DNA of 64,000 bases from positions 33,482,001 to 33,546,000 of the forward strand of contig CM097885.1 in assembly GCA_044892525.1 (NCBI GenBank), written 5' to 3'. A program made the position numbers and the translations under genes. The notes beneath the pieces were generated by a model that worked only from the letters and a program-made list of their open reading frames with translations, was not told the DNA's origin and did not search any database. How positions within the stretch are numbered: the first letter of the stretch is position 1; each line of letters opens with the position of its first letter. Source of the stretch: Schmidtea polychroa. Its lineage: Eukaryota. Shown here piece after piece: positions 14,384 to 25,124 of the stretch.

Positions 14384-14954
14384 TCAAAAACCAAGACGAA
14401 TGGTAATAGGGGTAGTTGTGGTTGTTTCAACCCGACAATTAACGTTGTTCGGGACGGGGAGATCATTGGAAGTTTGATTTACGGTGGAAGAAGATGTTGA
14501 CTGAGGAGGCGCTTGACTGGTACCCATACATACGATATCAGGCGTGGGAGATTCCGACCCATGGCTTATGCAGGCCGATTTTGAAGGAAATAATAGATCG
14601 TCGCGCAAACTATGCGCGGGGAAAAAGTTGTCCTGGTCAACTGCTGGGCATTTAGGAACTCGCTTTTTGAGTTCGGCCTTCGTATAGACGTGATAAAGTG
14701 CCTCAGATTGTGACTTTATGGTGATACGCAAGTTTTGATTTTCCGCCAAAATACTGTCCCTGCCGTGTTCAAGTCTCAGAAGTTTTTTATTGACCCCCTT
14801 CATTTGAGCTGGGGTAAACCAAGTACCCTCTAAGAAATCTATCCGCTTTTTTAGTGATCTTATGTCTGCCAGTCCTTGGTTGATCGTGATATTTGTCCGC
14901 GCAAGAGAAGTACGGTTTAAGATTAGACTTGGATATACTTGATCCAGACATTTT
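14384..14954 (-). CDS. Orphan coiled-coil protein, TWF family member A (terminal exon)
   Basis: The frame of ORF 14384-14803 stays open 50 more codons upstream (KCLDQVYPSLILNRTSLARTNITINQGLADIRSLKKRIDFLEGTWFTPAQMKG...) to an acceptor gctaattcatctttttctag. The motif is shared with 17841-18241 and 33320-33740. Confidence 0.6.
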
Positions 14955-15629
14955 CTAGAAAAAGATGAATTAGCTTACGGATAACCTCATTACAACTTGC
15001 ACTGAGAAAATACATCAATCAAAGGTGTACTTTATGGCCTCTCATGCATTCATGCAACCTTCCAAAGTTGGGTATAAATTAACATCACTGCGCTACAACT
15101 ATCATAATTTTCTATTTGGGTCTTGCTATTGAGTAAGAAAATTTTGTTTGCTTTAAACTATGGTAGATGGCAGAGTTAGAATTCAAACTTAATTAAATAA
15201 ATAACAAAAGTAAACATAGAAGAAAACTCTTGTCACCCGTAAATTTTTGATTCAAGGCAGGATGTAATTAGGTATTGTTCCTCTTCAATGTTTATTCTCG
15301 TAAATTTTTTAAGAATGATTATGATTTCATTTTTAAATTAAATTTTAAATCATTATTCCAAATTTTACAGTTATTAGATTTAATTATTAACCCGAGGTTA
15401 TCGATTGTTTATTATACAAGGCTATTATTTGTTTATTCACGATGGAGTTATTATTTGTTCCTTTACACGAGATTATCATGTGTTTATATTTCTCTCTGAT
15501 CTCAGTCGCTTAAATATGCCTCAGTTTAATTCTCACTTGAATACATTTAGTGTAGATACCCATCATAGTTTACATATAATATTTTTGATGTTCGTAATTT
15601 TGGTTCGATGGTTATCTCGTCCTTAATAT

Positions 15630-15858
15630 TGGTGGGTTACTGATTATCAAATATTTTGCTCTTTAGTGCTGTTACCAGCGTAACCCAAGATACAACATTG
15701 TTTACCGCTTGATACCCGTTGAGCGATCAACGTTGGTACTGTATCAAGAGGGTGAGTGCTCGCAAAAAGTGAGCGCACTACTTGCACTGTAATTGTTGAG
15801 CACTCCTTTGGGTTCACGGACTACCGTTAGAAGGTTTATGTCGGCTTTACATGGTCCC
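15630..15858. ncRNA. Conserved structured motif, copy A (unknown family; RNA or ssDNA fold)
   Basis: Collinear with 17464-17697, with stems retained through compensatory changes. The 41-nt core 15708-15748 differs from copy B only in the GNRA loop. Confidence 0.55.
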
Positions 15859-15958
15859 TGTCGTCGGATAGTGCTCACGAAAACCTGTTAACGTGTCTTG
15901 TATTCTTCCACGGTATCAGCTCACCCCACCATTCGTATAAATCATCATTATTCATGGG

Positions 15959-16057
15959 TCAATCTGTCCTACCTTCCCTGAAGATGAGCCAACTTTTCCG
16001 TCTTCGTTGGATCTCCTTGCGTCTGACATTTAAATGAGATTCGTTACCAAAAGTTGT
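15959..16057 (-). pseudogene. Short fragment resembling the N-terminal part of ORF 18668-19168
   Basis: TFGNESHLNVRRKEIQRRRKSWLIFR versus SIGGKADEAVRLREEAEIARLRSRWIWYK; aligned by eye only. Confidence 0.35.
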
Positions 16058-16197
16058 TCATTGCCCTACTTAATTATGGTTTAAATGCTCATCGCGACAA
16101 GCTACTTAGACCGCCTTATCACACCATTCCACGAAAATTTGCAACTAGTCTAAATTTTATTCTTATATTAATTTAGCCTAAAACTAATATTTCATCG

Positions 16198-16331
16198 GAA
16201 AAATTAAAATTTTATAATAAATTAAAGTAATAAATCTTTAACCCGAATAAATAAATTAAGTTAGTGAAAAATTAAAATTTTATAACAAATTAAAGTAATA
16301 AATCTTTAACTTAAATTAATAAATTAAGTTA
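16198..16331. repeat. Tandem duplication, 68-bp period
   Basis: GAAAAATTAAAATTTTATAA(T/C)AAATTAAAGTAATAAATCTTTAAC... at 16198 and 16266. Confidence 0.85.
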
Positions 16332-17423
16332 TATTATTAAATATTTGTTTTAAATGATGACGTAACAGTCATTTACTTATCACCCCAAAGCGGTGAATTC
16401 AAATTTTTATATTTATTTAGGATTTAAATTTTTTAAATAATTATTTATGAAATTGCCACTGTATGCGACCTCGCTGAGAAAGAAGCACTAGCATCGAACT
16501 TTGTTTTCGAAATGCTTGCTTCTTCCTCAGTTGTGGCAGTCATCAGCGGCACGATCCACATTTCTACTCGTTCAGTTTAGTAATTTATATTGTTACATTT
16601 ATTTTCACTAATTTTTCAGGTACAAGTTAGCAGGAATTGTTCCCTTTTTTAGGTTCTGGTCACTCGCTGTGGCTATTTTAGTAGATTGTGGAGAGGCTTA
16701 TTTTTAAATATTCGAACGGAAAGTTTACAACTGAAATCGATTTTAAACCTGAAATAGAAGCGCTAGTCGGAGCACACGGGTATAAACTACCTAGCAAACT
16801 TTTCAGGAAAAGGTGAATTTCCATTCATTATTGGAATTTTATCGGCTCTCAAAACGAACAATTTGCACAATAAAAGTTCCTATTTTGTTTAGTTATTTTT
16901 TTCTCTTTTTTATTCATTCACTGTTATGCTTTTTTATTCTATTTATAATAATAATAATAACATTGATAGCAGTAATAATAATAATAATGATAATAATAAT
17001 CGTAGTAATAATAATAGCACTAGGGTAATAATAATAACACATGCAAAATTATAAAAATTTTTAGGATTATAAAACGACTAGCAATAACCTTAATTCTTGT
17101 TATTATACAACTTGGGGTCTTTAGGGGGAACGGTGGTTATATTTTTATAAGGTTATTTTATAAATTTATATATACATACACATACACATACATACAGATT
17201 TATATATTTAATTTAAATTATTAATTGTGTCGTCGTTTTCTGGGGGGGGGCAGTTACTAAAAATAGATTTTAGTGGTTTTCTAAAATTTTATTGGAAGAT
17301 AGGGTCATTGAAACTAAATTTAGAGATAGGGGAATCCCAAAATCAATAATTTGGTCTATAATTTTATTTTCATGAAATAAAGATAATTATTTTAATAATA
17401 TAATAAAAATAATAATAATGATA

Positions 17424-17463
<40 letters not shown>

Positions 17464-17465
<2 letters not shown>

Positions 17466-17697
17466 GTGGGTTACAGGTATTTTCAAAGTTTCTACCTACT
17501 CCTGCTGTTTCCAGCGTAACCCAGGATACAATTTATAACTGACCACTTGATACCCGTTGAGTAATCAACGTTGGTACTGTATCAAGGGTTTGGGTACTAG
17601 CAAAAACTGAGCATGCTTAGCATACTATAATTGTCTAGCACCCACTGGGGTTCACGGACTGCCGATAGAAGGCCTATGTCCGGTTTCTTTAGTCCCC
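17464..17697. ncRNA. Conserved structured motif, copy B
   Basis: Second copy of 15630-15858. Core CTTGATACCCGTTGA-GTAA-TCAACGTTGGTACTGTATCAAG at 17546-17586. Confidence 0.55.
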
Positions 17698-17840
17698 GTT
17701 ATGATAATCAACATTATAGAAAAATCACAATGTCCAGATATGAGTGTACCAGTAAAGATTTATTCATAACAACAAGATCGGAACTCATAGGGTTGTAGTC
17801 GGTTCTTTCGGTGCAGACTCTGACAAAGTAGCATGGAGGG

Positions 17841-18393
17841 TCAATTGGGCCTGACAGGCTTGGCGGACTCTGCCCGCGCCGCTTTACCCGACCGGATCTT
17901 CTTCTTCGAGATCTTCAACGCATATTCCTTCGGTTGGTGAAACAGTTCACTCATAGGTCGGATCTTGGAAATGACCTCTCGATCAAGGTCCTGTTGGTGT
18001 ACCTTGACCTCCAGCTCTCTCACTCTCAGGCGGAGGGCCCACAACTCAACTTGATCTTGGGCACTCTGGAGTTGCAATTGGGTGATGAGTTTCATCCGCT
18101 TTTTCATCTCTGCTGGCGGAAACCAGGTGCTCTCGAAATTCCGGCAATGGACCTTGATTCGCACTAACTTGGCCCGGTATTCTTCCACCTGTTGTTGCGC
18201 CCGCTCTCTATCTGTTCGCATTTCTTCCAGGAGTTTTAGCACTAAAACAAGATAACGTTAGTGAGATTCATATCAGCATCGAGTGTCGAGCATTATTATG
18301 ATCATCAATACTAAATGAATGCAATCTCTTCGTCGCAGCCCTCCTCTACGCGCACCAAAACCGAGTTCTATGAATCTTACCAAACCCTATCGG
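17841..18393 (-). CDS. Orphan coiled-coil protein, TWF family member B (13-nt micro-exon 18381-18393 plus terminal exon 17841-18241)
   Basis: Open 133-codon frame with FESTWFPPAEMK, heptad-like segments and a basic tail. Acceptor ctaacgttatcttgttttag has a CTAAC branch site. The upstream ag|CCGATAGGGTTTG|gtaag micro-exon joins in frame. Confidence 0.65.
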
Positions 18394-18667
18394 CTGTCAA
18401 TGTTACAGAAAATTGTAGTCGATAATAATAATAGTTAACGCTAAGAACTTTACCAAGAATCAAGCAATACACACAATTAAATTAATATCGACAACCAAAA
18501 CCCAATCAAACATTTAACTAAATACAAACTACTAAGACATAACGAATATTATTTTAATTCTGGGTCAAAGTTATCTAACCCAGTACACAATGTCTCAAGG
18601 TACATTAATAGCGGAGTCATTACAGGATGATTATTTTTATCACAAGACTCTAGTCATGACACAAATG

Positions 18668-19168
18668 TTAGGGGTGTTGTGCAGCGCTGGCTTTCAGTTC
18701 AGTAATCTTCTTGGCGGAGCTGGAGGTTTTTCGTGGGCGTCCGCGTTTTCTCTGCTGGCTCGGCTCACGTTGAGGCTTCCTTGGGTATTCCAGCCCACGG
18801 CGAAGGGCTGCGGTCCGCTTAGTATGGCATTGAGCTCGAGCGTAACCGTCAATATCCTCGAGCTCGCCGGCCAAGGTTGCTGTTTCGAGCCTGTGCAGTC
18901 GGTCCACCGCTCTCTTCGCATCGTCGAAGGCGTCGCTCAGAGCCAATGAAGTAAGATTGATATATGGCTCCACCTTCGGGATCACCGGGACCACATTCTG
19001 GTAGGTCCAATCATGAATCTTATACCAGATCCATCTAGACCTTAGCCTGGCGATTTCTGCTTCCTCCCTCAGTCGGACGGCTTCGTCTGCCTTCCCGCCG
19101 ATACTGTCGGGGCTCCAGTCATTTGACGAGTGACCTTCTTGTACTTTCCTTGGCTCAGTGTTGGGCAT
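18668..19168 (-). CDS. Orphan 166-aa protein with a C-terminal AT-hook (RKRGRPRK)
   Basis: Intact ATG-to-stop ORF, much more GC-rich than the host background. The ATG lies 2 nt after an acceptor-like ttttatcattacag. RKRGRPRK is a canonical AT-hook core. Confidence 0.65.
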   Translation of the reverse strand: MPNTEPRKVQEGHSSNDWSPDSIGGKADEAVRLREEAEIARLRSRWIWYKIHDWTYQNVVPVIPKVEPYINLTSLALSDAFDDAKRAVDRLHRLETATLAGELEDIDGYARAQCHTKRTAALRRGLEYPRKPQREPSQQRKRGRPRKTSSSAKKITELKASAAQHP

Positions 19169-19503
19169 GGCTGTAATGATAAAAGAGAGGTTAAAACGAA
19201 TCCTCGTTCTCCCATTTACGTTCGGTTACTCTAAGACGTTCAATGTACAGTTACATTTAAGATCACCGCGACCCGCATCTCAACGATATCTTAGGTAGGG
19301 AAAATGGACCTAAAATGCTAATTAATTTCCCCTTTCGATTTATTCTTTAATTTAATTTAAGTTGGCTTGAGACTTACGAAATCCAAGTTTATAAGTCTCG
19401 GTTACAGAATTGCAGTTCGTATGTTTAAAGTGGAAATCCATGAGCTTAGTTTTGATGAACTACTGGTTGATACAGTAGAAGTGAGCGTTTAAAATTTTAT
19501 GAA

Positions 19504-19638
19504 TTAAACTTTTAATAGTAGTTGTTTAACTCATGCAAAGATTTAATTTAACTATTTATACCAATCTATATTAATTCAAATTTTAAACTATTAATAGTGG
19601 TTGTTTAAATCATTCAAAGATTTAATTTAACTATTTAT
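19504..19638. repeat. Tandem duplication, 79-bp period
   Basis: TTAAACT(T/A)TTAATAGT(A/G)GTTGTTTAA..CAT.CAAAGATTTAATTTAACTATTTAT at 19504 and 19583. Confidence 0.85.
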
Positions 19639-20625
19639 TCAAATATTATTTTTCATTTTTTAGAATTCTCCATTGATAATTTTTTTGGCAAAGTTTATGC
19701 TACTAGGACCCACTATGGGAAGCGGATGTTGCAAATTGTATGAATTTGTATTCAACTCTTTGTGAATCCCTGACCATAGTGGTTGTAAGTGGCCCTTTCA
19801 TCAGCTGGTGCTCGATAGTAAGTTAAAATTTTTATCTTTTGTAGTTGCATAATTTCAGGAATGGGTCTCTAATTCCTCGGTTTTTAGTATTTCAATCATT
19901 CACCGTATTGGAGTTATTACTGTTTAGTGGAATCCAAAGTATGGCTATACTCCCAATTCGTGGGCATTTAGGTGAAAATTTCGGGGATTTCAGGATTTTA
20001 CTGATCTGTGCCACAGGAATTTAAAGTGAAAATTGGGACTTGAGTTTTTCTGAGTAGTCCCCTTCTAGACATTCCTTAATATTACCGGTAAGATTCTTTT
20101 CGTAAACAAAATTTTTGATTTTATTAAATACATTTTCGCTTTTGTTGATTCTTATTTAAGTAATTTTGTTTGACGTAAATTAATAATTATCGAGTAATTT
20201 TGTTAACTCCTCATGAGAACCTATATAGTTAGTAATCATGACTTGTTATTATTCCTTACCTTTGGTCCTACTGGGTGGGTATTCCGATTCAGACCGTTAC
20301 TTTCGGGGACTAGGTCCCGTGGCTTACATGCGATCTACTTCTGGGGTAACAAGGGTTAAATTCGCATGGGTGAGATAGGTTTTATCGAAAGATTAGAGTT
20401 TCTACTGACATGGTCGATGGCGATTGGCTCGTGTAGTGGAGAGTATGTGCCACCTATTCGGTCAGTTAGGAGTAGTTCGTAGGGGGTACCCCTTGGTTTG
20501 CAGGGTTGTTACTAATAATAGAAGCGGTATTATTGGTCCAACTTTGTTATGAGGGAAAGGAAAAATCGATACTGTCGGTTTTGAACTTTCCTATTAATAG
20601 TAACGTTTTATTGATAATCATGTTA

Positions 20626-20626
20626 C

Positions 20627-20686
<60 letters not shown>

Positions 20687-20960
20687 TAAAATAATAACAA
20701 TAATAATAAAATAATAGTATTAGTAATAGTAATAATAATGGTAATGATAATAATAATGATAATAACAATAATACTAATAATAACAGTACTATTAATAATA
20801 ACCATAATGATAATTATGGTAATAGTAATGGTAATAATAATGATAATGCTAATGATAATAATAATAATAATGATAATAATAGTAATAATAGTAGTGATAT
20901 GATAATAACCATAATAATAATTATAGCAATGGTAATGGTAACAATAATAATAATGCTAAT
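20626..20960. repeat. (AAT)n / degenerate (RRT)n microsatellite
   Basis: Pure AAT run followed by AAT/AGT/GAT/GGT variants. It explains the poly-I/poly-L ORFs at 20506-21059. Shorter tracts at 16946-17035 and 17395-17463. Confidence 0.95.
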
Positions 20961-23379
20961 GATGTTACTAGGAATGATAGTAGGAGTTGTTGTCTTAGAA
21001 TAATTCAATTGACGACTATATGATTCGAAGGGGTAGTTATAGAAGATTTTTACAATCAAAATATATACATATCATTATCATAATTATGGGAAAAAATACG
21101 GTTGAGTTTTAAAAATTTATAAGTATTTATATAATATATACTACAGTAAACACAAAATCTTTACGGAATTGATTAAGGGTTATCCTATAATTAGGCAAAT
21201 AGACATGAACCAAAAATCATATTTTATTTTATAGTATCTATATAACTAGTATATGTATGACAAAAACTTTGAACTAATTTAGGCATTTAAGGGCATTCAT
21301 ATGGCCCCAAAATGAGGACTCTGTTTTAATTCCAAACAGTTATATAACCGATGCTTACTAGGTAAGGCAATAAACATAAAAATACTTTGAAATAACTAAA
21401 GTGATGATTTATAATTATTCGAATAGATATGAAGTAAGGATTATATTTTAATTTTTAAAGTATTTACCTAGCCAGTATATAGTATGTATGACGATGAACA
21501 GGAGAACTTTCATGGAATGATCTGAGAGTCATTATATAATAATTAGTCACATTCATATAAATGTTAATAGATAAATTCTTATAACACGATTCTAGAGGGT
21601 GGGGTTTAATAATAAATCTCTATTAACCAAACAATAGGGCTACCGGGTATATGTTTAGCGAACGTCCTTGGGTAGGGCAGATTCTAATATATACATTTCT
21701 AAAATAGTCAGGTGATGTTGATACTAGTAAGTATATGTAGAAAATCTTTTATCTAGTACCAAGTTAATAATTAGTATAGGCATATATCTCCCTGAAATAC
21801 ATTCTAATGATATCGGTTTGGAATATAATGTCCACATTAACCTAAAATTATATGAAGCACAAGTTTGGCTCGCATGGGTTTAAAATCGTTATCCAAGAAT
21901 AATTACACCATCGCATTTAAATTAGATTCGGGCTTTTTGATTATAAACTTTCGGATTTAAATATGATTACCAGTAATCTCGATAAGAGTAAATTAATAAT
22001 ATTTGATATCAAAAATATTAAACATTTGAATAGTTTGTGTAATTAGCCGACTATTTGAGAACTTTCGTGATCATTTAAGTCTGGGATATTTCCCGTTTAG
22101 ATTTTCTTAATGATGTATTCCTATAGAATAGTTGAGTGTGTATTTTAGATATGTCGTTTACCGGAAGGTCGAATTAATTAAAATTTTCCTACTTTCCCGA
22201 CTCAACTGAATACGGTACGATAGGCCTTATTGTATTATGTTTCCCGCGATTACTAGCCCAAATTTTATTTCGTCCGCATAGTCCCTGCGACTATGCCAAC
22301 TACCTGAATGGATTTACCGCCCTACTCCTGGTTAGAAACCATTTGTTCGTGGCGACCTTCCGGTTAAAAAAAAATGAAATTTTGTGCATGTAGGGTCGTA
22401 GACCCGATTGTGTGCGTGTGGACTATCAGTTGGAAACAAGGCTGATCAGCGTCGCGAATACAACCCGTCGACGACGCTGGTCATTCTTGTTACGTAATAG
22501 TAAAATGATGATAAAAAGGACAAAATTAATAATTAATATAATTTAGCATAAAATAACAATTATATAATCGATAAAAATCAATCACCCTTACTTTCAATAC
22601 TTGGTGTTTCAGAAAAAATTTTTGGCATACAAAAATATCTAAATTGTGACGAAAATGCGTCGGTATATATACCTGTTTTGTACACGTGTATGTATTGATG
22701 CATTAAAACAAACTCGAATTCTTTTTATTCCAGAATTTTCTATTTTGTAATTTTGATATTTTTAATGGCAATTTTTGTGCCATAATTTTTGTTTTTATTT
22801 TTAAATTTTTATTCTTTAATTATTTTTTGTTAATTTTACGTCCATGATGGATTTGGAACGGTTCCAGAAAATTCCATATTACTTTTAATTTAATTTTTAT
22901 TTTAACTGATGTTCTCTGAATTTCTTTTTAAGATTTTTTTATTTTTATTACTAATTTATTTACTTTTTCTAAATTTTATTGTTTAAGGTAGCTTTTATGA
23001 TGGTCATCGCCATTTTTATGGAATGTTCTGGGTTTTTCTGGAATTTTTTACTGTTTTTACCGTCTTTTAAGTTATTCGAGTTTGTTTTTTGTGACTCTAT
23101 GTTTATTTGGTTATTTTTGAGTTCGATGTTGCATAACTTCTTGCTTTTGGTATAATTTTATTTAATTTCTGTGTTTATGCTTTTGTTGTTTTCCCCTTTG
23201 ATTAATATTGTTTATTTGGTGTATTTTTTTAATATTTAACTACACTTTTTGCATGTTGTGTACCTACGCATTTCAGCCACAATTAGAAGTTTGGGTCTAG
23301 AAATCAGTTCTAGCCCAACAATAATAATAATAACGATAATAATAATAATAAATGTAAATTTAGATGCTTATAAGATTAC

Positions 23380-24535
23380 CACATATGGGGGAGGGGTCAT
23401 TTACGAAAATTTATGAATTTATATTTTTAAGTGAAATATAATTTAACTGTCTATGAATATGATATAATTCAGTATACCTACGTAATAGTTAATGGCTACA
23501 TGATTTGAGGGGGGTCGGTTAAATAAAAAATACCAGTTATATTTTTAAAGGTAATATAAGTTGAATATATCTGAAAACAAATTAAATTAATACTTTTGGG
23601 TAATCATTAATGACTATATGATCTGAGGGGGGTCATTTATGGAAATATACAATTTATAGTTTTAAATATAATATAAGTTAAATATATATTAAGATAAGCT
23701 AATTTAGTATATTTAGGTGGTGGTTGATGACTATATGGTTTATGGGGGGGGTCTTTAATGAAAAATTTTCAACTATGATTTTAAAAGTAATATAAGTTAA
23801 GTATATATATAAAATAGTCTAAGTTAATGCTTTAAGGGAGTGGTTATATGATTTAAGAGAAAGTTATTTATGGAAAAATTATAAATTATAGTTTTATAAA
23901 TTTGGTATCTGTACATATATATGTTAATTTATATTGTTTTCGACTATTCGGTAACTTAGGGGGTAGTTAGGGAAAGTTTAATAATTTATAATTTTATGGA
24001 TTTATTTTCAATTTATAAGTAAGTTAAATCAGCACTCTTGACATAAATTTGAGCTACCATACTACTTGAGGGAGGCATCTGTGAAAGAAGGTAAATCATA
24101 CTTTTATAAGTTCTAATATGCTTATATATGCTTTATATTATTAACATTAGCCCCTTTTGATTATGATATAACTTAGGGGGGGGTAGTAATGAAAGATTAC
24201 AAATAATACTTTATAAGTTCAAAATGTGCAATTATAGTTTGGAATATTTCTTTGAACATGTGTTTTGGCTATTATACAACCTGAGAGGGTATTTAGGGAA
24301 AATTTTATAAATTATAATTTTATGAGTTTATTATACATGTATGTATTTTAGATTAATATTTTTAACATTGATTTTGACTATTATACAATTTGAGGGAAAA
24401 AAAATAAAAATTTTCTTAGAAAATTATAATACATACTTAAGAGAATCTAGTATATATATATATATATATATATATAACTTATATTAATAATCCTAAGGTT
24501 TTTCTTATGGCTACACCTCTTAGGGGTGGGACAGT
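23380..24535. repeat. Diverged tandem array of ~11 units, mostly ~105-120 bp, each anchored by a G-run
   Basis: Anchors TGAGGGGGGTC-like at ~23386, 23506, 23623, 23740, 23852, 23956, 24066, 24173, 24282, 24390 and 24520, followed by similar AT-rich blocks (...TAATATAAGTT...). Confidence 0.85.
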
Positions 24536-25124
24536 TGTACTTGAAAGTCTATATTTTCCTTGGTTTTGATTTATGCTTTATGTTGAAATAATATTTATGC
24601 TTGCAAGTTATCCATGTAGCCTTGTTTTGGTTATGATTGAGAACAATTTTAACGTAGATCTATTTTGTGGATCCCTATATCATATCTAGAGAAATTTATG
24701 CCTGTAAAATATCATTTCAACAACTTTTGAGTCGAATGAAAAGCACTTTTAGTGGAGAATTGTTTTTGTTATGAATCTATATATTGTAATTACATAACAT
24801 TTGTGTCGACAATTTACTTTTTATAGCTATTCAACTTAGTGTAGAATAATGTGAAGATGTTGCCCGAACTTATAAGTTATAGATATAATATTAGTAGTTT
24901 ATAGATAAAGAGACTTTGTAAATATGTCTACGGGAGTTTGCACATACCAAGACCATTACGATAGAGAAATTTAGTTTGCATCAAAATAGGTTATTTTGTG
25001 GGCATCTATAGATATTAGTTCGCTTACCAGTGCGATTGAGATTATGTCATCTTAGGTCCTACTCATCGCATGAACTTTAGGTTGCAGTATTCTTACAGGG
25101 AATAGTTCAGAATTTTTGAGTCTT

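Larger units (their letters stand above)
13700..23320 (-). mobile_element. Large composite element with an LTR-like right end, carrying orphan spliced genes and structured motifs
   Basis: Right terminus ...CAGTTCTAGCCCAACA. TATA-like box at ~22664-22671. Internal GC-richer ORFs that are paralogous to each other, a duplicated fold-back motif, and AAT tracts with G-box units. Left end and TSD not found; no gag/pol seen. Confidence 0.5.

Noticed and set aside
18590..18949. ORFs 18590-18949 (+), 18694-18921 (-), 17934-18167 (+) and 33336-33602 (+)
   Set aside because: Antisense or alternate-frame shadows of the GC-rich minus-strand genes.
20240..22140. Possible TAA/TAG-to-Gln alternative genetic code suggested by in-frame stops in element frames
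   Set aside because: Host genes have no internal TAA/TAG and INSIG ends in TAG. Stops in the pPolB and TWF fossils replace Tyr, Glu, Lys or Trp codons, consistent with ordinary decay.
22238..22440. Hammerhead-like pieces on the minus strand (CTGATA-GTCC ... GGAC-GAAA, with TGTTTCC/GGAAACA)
   Set aside because: The core lacks the required G of CUGANGA, stem III is essentially absent, stem I does not abut the core, and loop II would be ~140 nt. Worth rechecking only on a family consensus.
23380..24535. CRISPR-like regular spacing
   Set aside because: Whole units are similar and diverged rather than identical repeats with unique spacers; eukaryotic context and no cas genes.
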